The notes below the pieces were generated by a model. It did not search any database, was not told where the DNA came from, and was given only the letters and a program-made list of their open reading frames with translations. Shown piece by piece: positions 32,142 to 43,340 of a stretch of DNA of 64,000 nt (position 1 is its first letter; the number at the start of each line of letters is the position of its first letter). This stretch comes from an uncultured delta proteobacterium (lineage in GTDB: Bacteria > Desulfobacterota > RBG-13-43-22): positions 32,001 to 96,000 of the forward strand of contig CAVUPH010000039.1 of assembly GCA_963743305.1 (NCBI GenBank), in the 5' to 3' direction. Position numbers and translations under genes: made by a program.

Positions 32142-33058
32142 CAGGTGACTTCCCTCTCGGCGGCGATGCTGACCTTCTTGATGATATAGTTGCCGATGAG
32201 ATTGACCACCAGGGTAACCAGAAACAGCACCAGGGCGATGTTGATCAATGAGGAAACGTAAATCTCCAGGGTGGCCTCGGTAAATTCATTGGCGATGACG
32301 CTGGCCATGGTATTGGCCGGATCAAAGATGCTGTGGGGAATGCTGTTCCGGTTGCCGATGAGCATGGTCACGGCCATGGTCTCTCCCAGGGCCCTTCCCA
32401 GGGAGAGTAGAATACCGGCGATGATCCCGGAGCGGGCATAGGGCAGGATGATCCGCTTAACGACCTCATAGCGGGTGGCCCCGAGAGAATAGGCGGCTTC
32501 CTTGAGATCGGCCGGGGCCAGGGCAATAACTTCCCGACCGATCGAGGCGGCATAGGGGATGACCATGATGGCCAGGATGAGGGAAGAGGATAACAACCCG
32601 ACGCCCTCGGCCAAGACACCCATCTTGATCTCTAAGGCCCTGACGATGGGAATAAGCACAAACAAGCCCCAAAACCCGTAGATCACCGAGGGGATTCCGG
32701 CTAAAACCTCAATGGAACTCTTCAGGAAGGAAGAGAGGGCCCCCTCCTGATAATATTCGCCGAGTAATACAGAGATCGCTATGGAAAAGGGAATCGAGAT
32801 GAGCAAGGCCAGGAAAGAGGTCGCCAAGGTCCCCACCAAAAAGGGAAGGGCCCCGAATTTGCTGATTACCGGATCCCAGAGACGTCCCGCAAAAAAGGAA
32901 AGACCGAAAACCTTAATAGAAGGCCAGGCACTAATCAGCAAGGTGATAAAGATACCCAGGAGCAGGGCAACAATTAAATAGGCAAAAAAGGACAAAAAGT
33001 GTGAAAACCGCTGTTCCGATTTATCGATGACCCAGGTGTTGTTTTCCGTTTCTAGCAT
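32141..33058 (-). CDS. pstC: phosphate ABC transporter permease PstC
   Basis: LAGIPSVIYGFWG, GRALGETMAV, IANEF. Confidence 0.93.
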   Translation of the reverse strand: MLETENNTWVIDKSEQRFSHFLSFFAYLIVALLLGIFITLLISAWPSIKVFGLSFFAGRLWDPVISKFGALPFLVGTLATSFLALLISIPFSIAISVLLGEYYQEGALSSFLKSSIEVLAGIPSVIYGFWGLFVLIPIVRALEIKMGVLAEGVGLLSSSLILAIMVIPYAASIGREVIALAPADLKEAAYSLGATRYEVVKRIILPYARSGIIAGILLSLGRALGETMAVTMLIGNRNSIPHSIFDPANTMASVIANEFTEATLEIYVSSLINIALVLFLVTLVVNLIGNYIIKKVSIAAEREVT

Positions 33059-33182
33059 ACCAACCGAATCGCTTTATAAGGATATTTAGAAAAATCCAAA
33101 GGGTCAAGGATTCGAGGACACAATCCCGCTGAACCAAGATCGAACCCTGGAACCCTCGACCCCTATTTTCGTACTAAACCCC

Positions 33183-34229
33183 CTATTTTAAAACCGGTTT
33201 GCCGTTAAAGGTCATCGAGTGGACCAGTTTATCTGCTTTGGCAAAGGCATCCTTGGAGAGGGGGGCATAGTGCAAGGCTTCGGCATATTTCTGACCGTCG
33301 GTAATGACCCATTTTATTAATTTGGCCAGGGTTTCCGATTTTTCCAGGGTCTTCCCACCATAATTCTGCTCTTTGTAGAAGATCAGGTAGGTGAAACCGG
33401 CAATGGGGTAACCATCCTGGGCATCGGTATCCGTCAAAGAGACGTTCATATCCTCCGGCAATTTGGTGTTGGCCGCCAGACTGGTCGACTTAATGGTCGG
33501 TTCGATGAATTTCCCGGCCTTATTTTTCAAGGCGGCGGCCGGCATATTGTTTTGCAGGGTGTAGATGAGTTCCACGTAGCCGAGAGAGCCGGGGATCTGC
33601 TTGATCAGGCCGGCTACTCCGGGATTGCCTTTGCCCCCCAGTCCGACCGGCCAGTTCAGAGAGGTCCCCATACCGACCTTAGCTTTCCATTCGGGACTGA
33701 CTTTGCTTAAGTAGTCGCTGAAAATATTGGTCGTGCCGCTCCCGTCGGAACGATGGGCCACGGTTATGGCCAGGTCCGGAAGATGCACCCCCGGATTTAA
33801 GGCCGTAACCCGCGGGTCGTTCCATTTCTTGATCTTTCCCAGAAAGATGTCGGCGATCAAATCGGGCGCAAACTTCAATTTAGGATTGTCGGGTAGATTG
33901 TAAGAGATGACCACGGACCCGAGACAGGTGGGGACATGAACGATCGGGGCCCCGGCCGCCTTTAACTGGTCCTCGGTCATAAAGGCATCCGTGCCGCCGA
34001 AGTCCACCACCTTGCTGCTAAGTTGCTTGATCCCGCCACCGGAGCCGATTCCCTGATAATTGATCTTGACCTTGTACTCCTGGAAGTATTCGTAAAACAT
34101 TTTTGAATAAAGGGGTTGTGGAAAGGTGGCGCCCGCACCCAATAATTCCATATCGGCCGCCCAGGCGGCAGTCCCCAACCCCAAGATCACCAAACCAACC
34201 AATAAAAACAATTTACCAATGAATTTCAT
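33183..34229 (-). CDS. pstS: phosphate ABC transporter substrate-binding protein PstS (E. coli type)
   Basis: GAGATFP, GSGGG, HRSDGSGTT. Confidence 0.95.
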   Translation of the reverse strand: MKFIGKLFLLVGLVILGLGTAAWAADMELLGAGATFPQPLYSKMFYEYFQEYKVKINYQGIGSGGGIKQLSSKVVDFGGTDAFMTEDQLKAAGAPIVHVPTCLGSVVISYNLPDNPKLKFAPDLIADIFLGKIKKWNDPRVTALNPGVHLPDLAITVAHRSDGSGTTNIFSDYLSKVSPEWKAKVGMGTSLNWPVGLGGKGNPGVAGLIKQIPGSLGYVELIYTLQNNMPAAALKNKAGKFIEPTIKSTSLAANTKLPEDMNVSLTDTDAQDGYPIAGFTYLIFYKEQNYGGKTLEKSETLAKLIKWVITDGQKYAEALHYAPLSKDAFAKADKLVHSMTFNGKPVLK

Positions 34230-34298
34230 TACCTTCCCCTCCTTAAGAATTTTTGATTTTAGATCATGCTCTTTCTCTGTTAAGGAGGTGCAACTGCC

Positions 34299-34318
34299 AG
34301 GTTAATTTTATGTTACAT
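34299..34318 (-). promoter_or_regulatory. Pho-box-like site upstream of pstS
   Basis: Minus strand ATGTAACATAAAATTAACCT, 11-bp-spaced TAAC repeats about 70 nt before pstS. Confidence 0.55.
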
Positions 34319-34371
34319 CTCTCTTCGAGGGACGACTTCCCTGGAAGTCGTCTCGTCTTCAAGGGGCAAAT

Positions 34372-34529
34372 TTGATGGACTCGCAAAAAGTCAGAAAACC
34401 TGTCATTGCGACCCGGACTTGATCCGGGGGAAGCAATCCACACCATGGTAATTAGCTGATTCTTGGGGATTGCTTCGTCGCTTCACTCCTCGCAATGACA
34501 GCGCTGGGGACTTTTTGCGGACACATCAA
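34372..34529. mobile_element. MITE-like palindromic element (inverted copy of 7405-7565)
   Basis: ttgatggactcgcaaaaagtc...gactttttgcggacacatcaa with a GTCATTGCGA core. Confidence 0.8.
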
Positions 34530-34692
34530 AATTGGCCATTTACGGGGGTACTTGTTTGAACCGCGGGGTGGATTGTAAGGGGATTATTGGGCGATTTCTA
34601 AAGCGTTGCGACCGATTTTTATACAGCCATGAGGCTGAAACTTTGACCGAAGAAGATAGTACCCAACCCAGGTTCTATCGTCAAAACGTTCT

Positions 34693-35158
34693 TCAGACGC
34701 TATCCAACCGGCCTTCCAACCAGCGAATCACTTCTCGGTAGTCCGCGGCCCCGTTGGAGTCTGGGGCATATTGAAAAATTGGCCTTCCGAAAGCCGGCGC
34801 TTCGGTAAAGGAAACACTCTCCCGCACCAGGGGGGCCACCTTGCTTGGAAAAAGCGATTCCAATTTCTCCGCTGAATCGCCGGCGGGCCTCCACTAATCC
34901 CGGCCCGGAAGGGACCAGATACAATTCGGGCATCACGGTTTCAATCACCGGCAGCGCGCTGGAGGCGGACAAGGCCTGCAATAGCACCTCGCCGTCATTG
35001 GAAACCCCCAGAGACAGGCCCGCACTGCCCTGGGGATCATTGTCTATCAACAAAACCCGCTGTCCCTTTTCCGCCCACCCGGCGGCCAGGCTGACCGCGG
35101 TGGTCGTCTTGCCTACGCCCCCTTTGTGGTTCATTACGGAAAAGATTAGGGATTTCAT
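34693..35158 (-). pseudogene. ParA family ATPase with an internal deletion and frameshift
   Basis: KGGVGKTT and LIDNDPQG at the N-terminus; C-terminal [24 protein letters not shown] in another frame; central DCPP region absent. Confidence 0.75.
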
Positions 35159-35247
35159 ACAAGCCTCCTTTTAGACACCCGGGCATAAGGTGGGCACCCA
35201 CAAAGCACGAGAATAAATACCAGAGCTGTTTAAGCCTCAAATGCTCC

Positions 35248-35344
35248 GTCATTGCGAGGAGAGAAGCAACGAAGCAATCCCCCAAGCAGCTTACAACCTT
35301 TCCCAGAGCCTTGCGGGGGATTGCTTCGCTTCGCTCGCAATGAC
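35248..35344. repeat. GTCATTGCGAG...CTCGCAATGAC palindromic repeat
   Basis: Same core as the elements at 7405, 34372 and 54940. Confidence 0.8.
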
Positions 35345-35471
35345 ACAGGTATTTGAACTTATTTACATACGACCTCCCCATGGCCTGCGGACACCCCGAA
35401 GCATGAAAATCCCGGGTAGGGTAGGCTTTAGCCTCCCTGTTTGGGCGACTAAAGTCGCCCTTACCCCCTCA

Positions 35472-38400
35472 TCATTCGATGTTCGATGTTCGTTTTGTTG
35501 TTCTCGTGTCAGCCCCCCCCGGCTCGATTAACAATGGGATTTCCCCGGTCTGGTTTTTGGCCAAGGAACGATCCAAGAAGGCCCTGGACAACAGGCCGCC
35601 CAACCCGACGGCCAGCAGGTCCGCCACCCTGGATAGGAAGCCCATCGATCCTCCCCCCAAACCGGAGAACAAGAAAGAGGTCAGGGAACCGCCTAATCCC
35701 AACCACAGGGTGGTGCGCAGCATCCGGTTGGGCGGTCGTTCACCGGTCCCTTCGCCAGCTCGGGTCCGGCAGGCATCAGCGTACAGCAACTGGTTGACCG
35801 ACAGGCTTTGTTGGAACAGTCGCCCGGCTTCCTGACTTGTTCCGTATCGTAACAGACCGTACGCCCCAGGTCCTCCGGCCCCGACCATCATGGCCAGGCC
35901 TTCCGGGATGGTGTTCCCCCATTCCCTTCCGGACAGCAGACCCTTCTCCGGAACGGTGTATTCCCTTTCCATAATCTCCGGATCCGGAGGTTCCATGGCC
36001 AGGGAAAGGCAGGCCAGGTTGATCCAGAGCGGCTGCCAGACCCCGATTTCCTGCTCCATCGATCCGCTGCGAGAGAACAGTTCGGAAGCGATATCCACCT
36101 GGTTGTTCACCACCAGGAAGCGGATGCTTTTTCTCAAATTCTCGTAAAATGACCGGCCGCCGGCGATAGCCGCCGGCACTTTGCGGATGTCGTCATCCTC
36201 AAGAACCAGGTCGGCGGTGTGGCGAGCCAGATCGGCCCCTTCCCTCCCCATAGCCATACCTACATCCGCCACCTTGAGGGCCAGGACATCATTGAAACCG
36301 TCTCCCACCATGGCCACTTTCAGTCCGGCGCTCTGGTAGGCCTGAATAATTTCCAGCTTCTGCGTGGGGCTGAGTCGGGCGAAAATATGGGCCCGGGTCG
36401 CTACACCCATCAGGCTGGCGCGGTTCAACCCTTTCAGGTTCAAGGCGTCCAGGATAACCAGCGGCTCCTCCCCGCTCAAACCCAGCTCCTGCCCGATATG
36501 GTTGGCGGTCAGGCTCTGGTCGCCGGTGATCACGGTGGTGCGTATGCCGGCCCGCTGCAGTTCGGCGATCATTTCCCTCGCCCCGGGCCTGATGGGGTCC
36601 GCCAGTCCCACCAGTCCGGACCAGACCAGACTGCCCGATTCCGGATGATCCAACTCACGCTTCTTAACCCGGCCCCAGTAAAAAGCCACCCCCAGGACCC
36701 GGAGACCCTGCCCGGCCATCCGGGAATTCTCCAGTTCGATACGCTCCCGGTCCTCCTCCTCCAGGTTCAGCGTATCTCCGTCCTGGAACCGGAAACGGCA
36801 CCTTTCCAGGACTTCCAGCGGGCTGCCCTTGACCACCGTCAACTTCCGTTCCTCATCCCAACGGTGGATCGTCATCATCAAAGGGGTCTTTTCGCGGCGG
36901 TGGCGGATATCCAGCAGCGGGTGCTCACTGCGCAGGGAGGCCACCGGCAGACCGGCGTCCTCCGCCAGGACGATCAAGGCCTTTTCCGTGGACGAACCTT
37001 CCAAAGACCGCGGTCCGGCGGTTTCCACCAAGACCTCATTACATAAGGTCGTGCAGGTAATCAGCCAGGAGATATCCGGGTCCCTTAAAAGGACGAATTC
37101 CCGCCCGTCGCCATCCCGGAATCTCCCCCGGGAAACCATCACCCGTTTCCCTCCGGCCTGTATTTCGGCCGCGGTCATCCGGTTGCGGGTCAACGTCCCG
37201 GTTTTGTCGAAACAGACCACCTGGATCGAGGCCAAGTTGGCCAGCACGCGCAGACGGTGGACCAAAATGCGTTTTTTACGAAGTTCCACGTGCCCCAGGG
37301 CAAAAGCGCTCAGGGCCAGGGTGGAGATTCCGGAAGGGATGGTCGCGGCAATCAAAGCCAGGGTGTCTCGCATGATCCGGACAAGACCGAAGCCGCGCAG
37401 CAACGAAAGCAGCGCATAGGCGAATGAAGCGCCCAGGGCCAGCCGAAAAAAATGGTAGGTTATTTTTTTGATCTCCCCGGCCGCCACGGTCTCCGGGGGG
37501 AACACCGCGCCTAAATACTGCTGCAGGCGTCCCAGGACCGTATGCGTCCCGATGGCCACCACCACGGCCCGCCCACGGCCTTCCGCTACCAGGGTGCCCC
37601 GATAAATCATATTCCGCCGCTGGGGAATGGGCCAGTCTCCCCCTTTGAGGGCACTGGGGAACTTGTGCTCCGGGAGGCTTTCCCCGGTCAAGGCGGCCTC
37701 GTTCAGGCTCAAATGGTGCGCCTCGATCAGGCGGGCATCGGCCGGGATTCGCGATCCCACCTGAAGATCCAGCAGGTCCCCGGGGACCACTTTTCCGAAT
37801 TCAATCTCCCGGACCGATCCGTCCCGCACGACCCGGGCCTGGAGCAAAACCCGGTGGCTGACCCGCTTCAGGCTTTTTTCAGCCCGGCTTTCGATGACCG
37901 TGCCCACGGCGATGTTGGACAGGGCCACCCCCAGGGTCAGCAGACCGTCGAACACCCGACCGGTGATGATAGAAAAACCGGAAGCCCCGGCGATGAGCAG
38001 GATGGGCCAGGACAGGCTCAGCCCTTTGAGGATGTCGAACAGGGTCCTCCGGGACAAAATAGGCAGCTCATTTACCCCATAACGAACGTTCCGGGCCTCC
38101 GCTTCTATTGCGGACAATCCCATGGTCTCCGAGGTATCCAGCCGCCGGATGAGCTCTTCGACTCCCAGCAGATGCCAGGAATCCGAACCGGGGTCCGGTT
38201 GAATCGGTTCCCCGACCGCTCCGGCATGGCCGGAATCCCGGGAGACGCCCCGGCCCGGTGAATAGCGGCCTATCAGGCGTTCCAGGCTTTCTATCAGGCT
38301 CTTTACTGATTGGGGCGATTGGTAGTGAATCAGGGCGGTCCCGGTCAACGGATTGGCGGCCACCCGGATGATCCCAGCCTTTCCCTTGATTCCGGTTTCC

Positions 38401-38486
38401 AGAAAGCGGGCCAACGCTTCGGACCCCCGGAGGCCGGCGAGCTGAAACCGTATCCTTCCCTTTAGTTGGTGCACCACCCGGATCAT
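35472..38486 (-). CDS. P2-type cation-transporting ATPase-like protein with N-terminal HMA2-like domain; ion site degenerate
   Basis: GRIRF..NPLTGTALI N-terminus, LTGES, DKTGT, TGD, GDGFND; TM4 reads IPSG rather than PEG. Confidence 0.85.
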   Translation of the reverse strand: MIRVVHQLKGRIRFQLAGLRGSEALARFLETGIKGKAGIIRVAANPLTGTALIHYQSPQSVKSLIESLERLIGRYSPGRGVSRDSGHAGAVGEPIQPDPGSDSWHLLGVEELIRRLDTSETMGLSAIEAEARNVRYGVNELPILSRRTLFDILKGLSLSWPILLIAGASGFSIITGRVFDGLLTLGVALSNIAVGTVIESRAEKSLKRVSHRVLLQARVVRDGSVREIEFGKVVPGDLLDLQVGSRIPADARLIEAHHLSLNEAALTGESLPEHKFPSALKGGDWPIPQRRNMIYRGTLVAEGRGRAVVVAIGTHTVLGRLQQYLGAVFPPETVAAGEIKKITYHFFRLALGASFAYALLSLLRGFGLVRIMRDTLALIAATIPSGISTLALSAFALGHVELRKKRILVHRLRVLANLASIQVVCFDKTGTLTRNRMTAAEIQAGGKRVMVSRGRFRDGDGREFVLLRDPDISWLITCTTLCNEVLVETAGPRSLEGSSTEKALIVLAEDAGLPVASLRSEHPLLDIRHRREKTPLMMTIHRWDEERKLTVVKGSPLEVLERCRFRFQDGDTLNLEEEDRERIELENSRMAGQGLRVLGVAFYWGRVKKRELDHPESGSLVWSGLVGLADPIRPGAREMIAELQRAGIRTTVITGDQSLTANHIGQELGLSGEEPLVILDALNLKGLNRASLMGVATRAHIFARLSPTQKLEIIQAYQSAGLKVAMVGDGFNDVLALKVADVGMAMGREGADLARHTADLVLEDDDIRKVPAAIAGGRSFYENLRKSIRFLVVNNQVDIASELFSRSGSMEQEIGVWQPLWINLACLSLAMEPPDPEIMEREYTVPEKGLLSGREWGNTIPEGLAMMVGAGGPGAYGLLRYGTSQEAGRLFQQSLSVNQLLYADACRTRAGEGTGERPPNRMLRTTLWLGLGGSLTSFLFSGLGGGSMGFLSRVADLLAVGLGGLLSRAFLDRSLAKNQTGEIPLLIEPGGADTRTTKRTSNIE

Positions 38487-38586
38487 TGTCCCCTTGCCTG
38501 TTTTCGCAAATAGTCCTATTTTGGTTGGTATTATCCCCCAAAAATAATCAAAAAAGCAACGCCTTCCCGCCCAAGGATTATTTTTT

Positions 38587-38603
38587 TTCACAGAAATGTA
38601 ACC
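38587..38603 (+). promoter_or_regulatory. Pho-box-like site
   Basis: TTCACAGAAATGTAACC. Confidence 0.45.
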
Positions 38604-38706
38604 TATCGGAAATCAAATCTATTCATAAACTATGCCATACTTTCTGTCGACAACAATGATATCCATATTTAAACGACCTGAACCATAAGGGTAACAGGGG
38701 GAGAAA

Positions 38707-38907
38707 ATGAATCTAAAGGAAATGGAACCAACGGACAAAAAGACAAACCACCTGATTTATTCCGGTCCTTCCGGGCCGGCCTACGACTCATCAATCCCTA
38801 AAACGGAAGATGCCGCCCTTCATCCGGCCTTCGGCCGGAAAGAAAAGATCTATCGGCACCCTTTCCAGGAGGATGAGGATTTCCGGGAATACTACCGCCT
38901 CCGATAA
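38707..38907 (+). CDS. small hypothetical protein
   Basis: GGGGAG RBS before ATG; 66 aa. Confidence 0.4.
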   Translation: MNLKEMEPTDKKTNHLIYSGPSGPAYDSSIPKTEDAALHPAFGRKEKIYRHPFQEDEDFREYYRLR

Positions 38908-39357
38908 CTGCCGAGGTGGGAAAGTGCATTACCTTCGACACTTCGTCCTTTGGGCTCGGTCCCACCCCCATTCCGGTAGGGATGCCGGGAGCCGGGGCCC
39001 ATGAAGCCCCGATTTTAAACTAAACCTCCATGTCCGGGCGGGCACCCCGAAACATTAAAATTCCGAGGCCCCCCACCCCTCAAACGTTCGACTGAGCTCA
39101 CGCCGAAGTCCCCTCCCGCGTCGGGGAGGGGAAGTATAAGAACTCAGGCCGTTCATTAGGGCTCCCTCTCCCCCACGCGGGTGGGGGTGTGGGGGATATC
39201 CGCAGTTAAATGCTATTTTCGTATTAAACCCTCATGAATATCTACCGTCCCCCGTGAAAAGGGCTTTCAATAATAAATTTTTTCAGCCCCTGTTTTTACC
39301 TTAAAATCATTGGATCGACATAATTCCGCCATATTCCCGGGGCTATAATGCCCCCAT

Positions 39358-40071
39358 ATGTTGTACCGAGTCAAAACCAGCCCTCAAGTAATAGACAGCT
39401 CGGCCTTCAGCCTCTCCCCCGATCTGATTCAACGCATATTAAAATGGGCCAAACCGCTGGGGCACCACTCCCGGCCGGGCGACGCCAACCTGGGATTCGG
39501 GTTCCTGTATTACGGTCTGGTCCGGGCCGTGCGTCCCAAACACATCCTGGTCATCGGCTCCGGACACGGCTTCTCCGTGGTCTGCCTGGCCCTGGGTCTG
39601 AAGGACAACGGGCAGGGGCGGTTGTCCTTTATCGATCCCTCTTATTCCCTGATGAAGAACGGGCCTTTTCATACGGTCGGCGGCCAGTCGAAATGGAATC
39701 ACCCGCAAGACGTGAAAGATCATTTCGCCCGGTTCGGGGTGGACGACTGGGTGACCCATTACAAGCTGCGCAGCGATCAATTCTTCCCTGATTATTCCCG
39801 GCGGCAACTGCCGCCTATTGATCTGGCCTTTATCGACGGCAATCATGCCTACCAGGCCGTCCGCTACGATTTCCTGCAAACCGCCGGGAGGGCGCGAAAA
39901 AACAGCTACCTCTTCCTGCATGACACCAACATCTACGTGCGGGAAATGTTGGGCCATGCCGGGGTCAAACGTTTCCTCCAGGAACTGAAAAACGAGCCCG
40001 ATTTTTTTGAATGCCTCGACTTTCCTTTTTCATCCGGAGTTGCCCTGATCCGGCTTCTTAAAGAAGAAACC
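39358..40071 (+). CDS. class I SAM-dependent methyltransferase (Methyltransf_24-like); reads in frame into the psd N-terminus
   Basis: LVIGSGHGFS, IDLAFIDGNH, LFLHDT; end coordinate approximate. Confidence 0.75.
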
Positions 40072-40768
40072 ATGGAAATCCGAACCCGGGTCATTATCGG
40101 CGCCGCCTTCCTGCTCCTGATTGCGGCCTATCTGTACTGGCGCTATATCTGGTTCTTCCGCAACCCCGGCCGGGCGACGTCAGGGATCAGGGCTAGTCAG
40201 CCCGGCCGATGGCCGAGTCGTCTACGTCCAGGAAGTCGGCCCCCGGGAAAAGATCATCGCCATAAAAAAAGGGGCGTCCGCCAGCATCAATGATATCTGC
40301 CGTCAGGACCTGGCCTGTCCTAAAATACACATCGGCATCTTTATGAGCCCTTTTAATGTTCACTACAACCGGGCCCCGCTTTCCGGAGAAATCAAATTCA
40401 TCCACCATTATCCCGCCGACCCGGACAATGTCCAGATGCTGCCCATGCATTGGCGCTCCCTGTTCCGACGGACCGATTACACCCGAAATTCCCTGCACCT
40501 GTTGCAAAACGAACGGACCGTGACCTGCATCGAAGGGCTTTACCGGGACCAGCGTCTGCCCTGTTATGTCGTTCAGATAGCCGGAAAGCGGGTCCGGGGC
40601 ATCGAAAGTCATTTTAAGCCCGAGCAACAAGTGGCGCGCGGAGAGATATTCGGTATGATTCGGATCGGGTCGCAAGTGGATATCGTGGTCCCGCGGGCGA
40701 CGGGGCTGAAGATCCGGGTTCGAACCGGTGACCGGGTCCGGGCCGGGGAAACCCTGTTAATCGAATAG
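40072..40768 (+). CDS. psd: phosphatidylserine decarboxylase family proenzyme, frameshift near 40180
   Basis: FFRNP, SPADG, IFMSPFNVHYNRAP, QIAG, FGMIRIGSQVD self-cleavage motif. Confidence 0.8.
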
Positions 40769-40805
40769 GCAAGAATTTTTCAAATTCTTAAAGGAGTTGA
40801 CTGCC

Positions 40806-43278
40806 ATGGAAGCCCAAACCGTAAAAATCGATATGCACCTCCACTCCAAGTACTCCCGCAACCCTTCCACCTGGATCCTGAAAAAAATCGGCTGCCCGGA
40901 AAGTTTTTCCGAGCCCCTGCGCCTTTATCAACTGGCCCGGCAACAAGGGCTGACCCATGTCACCATCACCGACCACAATCAACTGGATGGGTCTCTGGAT
41001 ATCGCCCACCTGCCGAACGCCTTTGTCAGCGAGGAAGTCACCACTTATTTTCCGGAAGACCGCTGCAAACTCCATGTCCTGGTTTACCGAATCGATGAGG
41101 CCATCCACCGGGAAATACAAACCCTCCGGGAAAATGTCTTTGAGCTGGCGCCCTACCTCCGTTCCCGGGGAATTTTTCACGTGCTGGCCCACCCCCTTTA
41201 CGGGGTCAATGAACGGCTGACGCTCCGTCATTTCGAACAATGCCTGTTGCTGTTCAATTATTTCGAGCTGAACGGGGCCCGGGACGGGCAACTCAATGTC
41301 CTGTTGCGGGACCTCCTTTCCCGCCTCCGCACGGGAGGACCTGGACAAGCTGGCCGATCGGCACCACCTGGCCCCTTACGGAGACCGGCCCTGGGAAAAG
41401 CATCTGACCGGGGGCTCCGACGATCACAGCACCCTGTCCCTCGGGCGGCAATATACGGAGGTGCCCGGCGCCCGGACGCTGAATGACTTTTTTCAGGGTC
41501 TGGAACAGGGGCGGTCCGTCGTCGCCGGAGAGGCTTCCTCCCCGGCCTCGCTGGCTCGCACCCTCTACAGCATTGCCTACCAATTTTACTGCCACAAGTT
41601 CAAGTTGGACAAGTATCTCCATAAAGACCTGCTCCTGCGCCTGTTGCACCGTTTTCTCCATTCACCGCAGCAGGGGGAATCCCGGCTGGTCTCCAAGGTC
41701 TACGACCTGTTCCAGGTCCACCTGCGGTCCTCCAAAACCCAGCAAACCCTGCAGTCCCTCCCGGATTACCTGCGTTTCGAAATCTATAAGTTGCTGGCCG
41801 GCGACCCGGCCTTGAAACAATTCCTGAAGAATGGCGATGATCAAACCCGGCCGCTGGAGGAAAAGTGGTTTTCCCTGGTCAACCAGATTTCCAACCGCAT
41901 TCTTTTCCAGATCGGAAACGTCCTCTTGGATAACCTGTCCCAAGGAAACGTCTTCGGCCTTTTCCAAGCCGTAGGTTCCGCCGGTTCGCTGTATTTCCTC
42001 CTGGCCCCCTATTTCATCGCCTTTTCCCATTTCGCCCAGGACCGGCAACTGGCCGGAGAGATCAGCCGATCCTGTCCCCTCGGCCCGCCCGACCGCGCCA
42101 AACGCCCGGCGCCTGAGGATCGCCCATTTTACCGATACCTTTTATCAGGTCAACGGGGTGGCGCTGACCCTCCAGCAACAGGTGGCCATGGCCAAAAAGA
42201 ACAACAAGCGGCTCACGGTCGTCACCTGTGACTGGATCGACGAACAGGACACTGAACCGGAAATCAAGAAATTTCGCCCTGTCGGATCCTACGACCTGAC
42301 CGAGTACCCGGAATTCAAACTTCATTTTCCGCCTTTCCTGGAAATGCTGCAGTACTGTTACCGGGAACAATTCACCGCCATCCACACGGCCACCCCGGGT
42401 CCGGTCGGGCTGGCGGCCCTGGCGATCGCCCGCATCCTGAAGCTGCCCTGTTACAGCACCTATCACACCTCGATCCCGCAGTACGCCCGCTACCTGACCG
42501 AGGACCCCGATATCGAAGATCTCGCCTGGAAATATATCTGCTGGTATTACGACCAGATGGACCGGGTCTATGTCCCCTCCCAAAGCACCCGGCAGGAATT
42601 GATCGGAAAAGGCCTGGCCGCGGACAAGATCCAACTCTTCGCCCGGGGCATCGATACGCAGCGGTTTCATCCGGACAAGCGGAACGGTTATTTTGAGGCC
42701 CGTTTCCCCGTCCGGCCGGGGTTCAAGCTCCTCTACGTCGGCCGGGTCTCCAAAGAAAAAAACCTGCGGGTCTTAGGCGAGGCCTATAAGCGGCTCTGGC
42801 GCCAGCGAAAAGACCTGCAGCTCATTATTGTGGGGGACGGTCCCTATTTGAAAGAATTTCAAGACTGGATGAGTGATACCCCCTGTCTGTTTACCGGGTA
42901 TTTAGACGGGGAGGACCTGGCGGCGGCCTATGCCTCGGCCGATCTGTTCATCTTTCCCCAGCAGCACGGATACCTTCGGGAATGTCATTCTGGAGGCCCA
43001 GGCCTCGGGATTGCCGGTCATTGTGACCGACCAGGGCGGGCCCAGGAAAACATTCTGTCCGGTGAAACGGGGCTGATCGTCCCCGCGGATGACCCCCAAG
43101 CCCTCGGCGACGCCGTGGAAAACCTGTTGGCCGATCCGCTGCGCCTGAAACGCATGGGACAGGCGGCGCGGCAGTTTCTGGAAGACCGTTCCTTCGAAAA
43201 GGCTTTCCAGGAAACCTGGGAGATGTACCGCCACCCACTCCAACCCCGGGCAGAGCGTCCTGGCCGAAAGCCGTATGA
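40806..43278 (+). CDS. PHP-domain/GT4 glycosyltransferase fusion, several frameshifts
   Basis: DMHLHS, TDHN, AHP and GGSDDH PHP motifs; ATPGP, YHT, LLYVGRVSKEKN and TFGNVILEAQASG GT4 motifs spread over four frames; end approximate. Confidence 0.75.
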
Positions 43279-43340
43279 ATCCGGAATGACAGTCCAAGAC
43301 CAAGGCCAAAAAACCATTTCCTACTGCAAAGGAACCCGCA

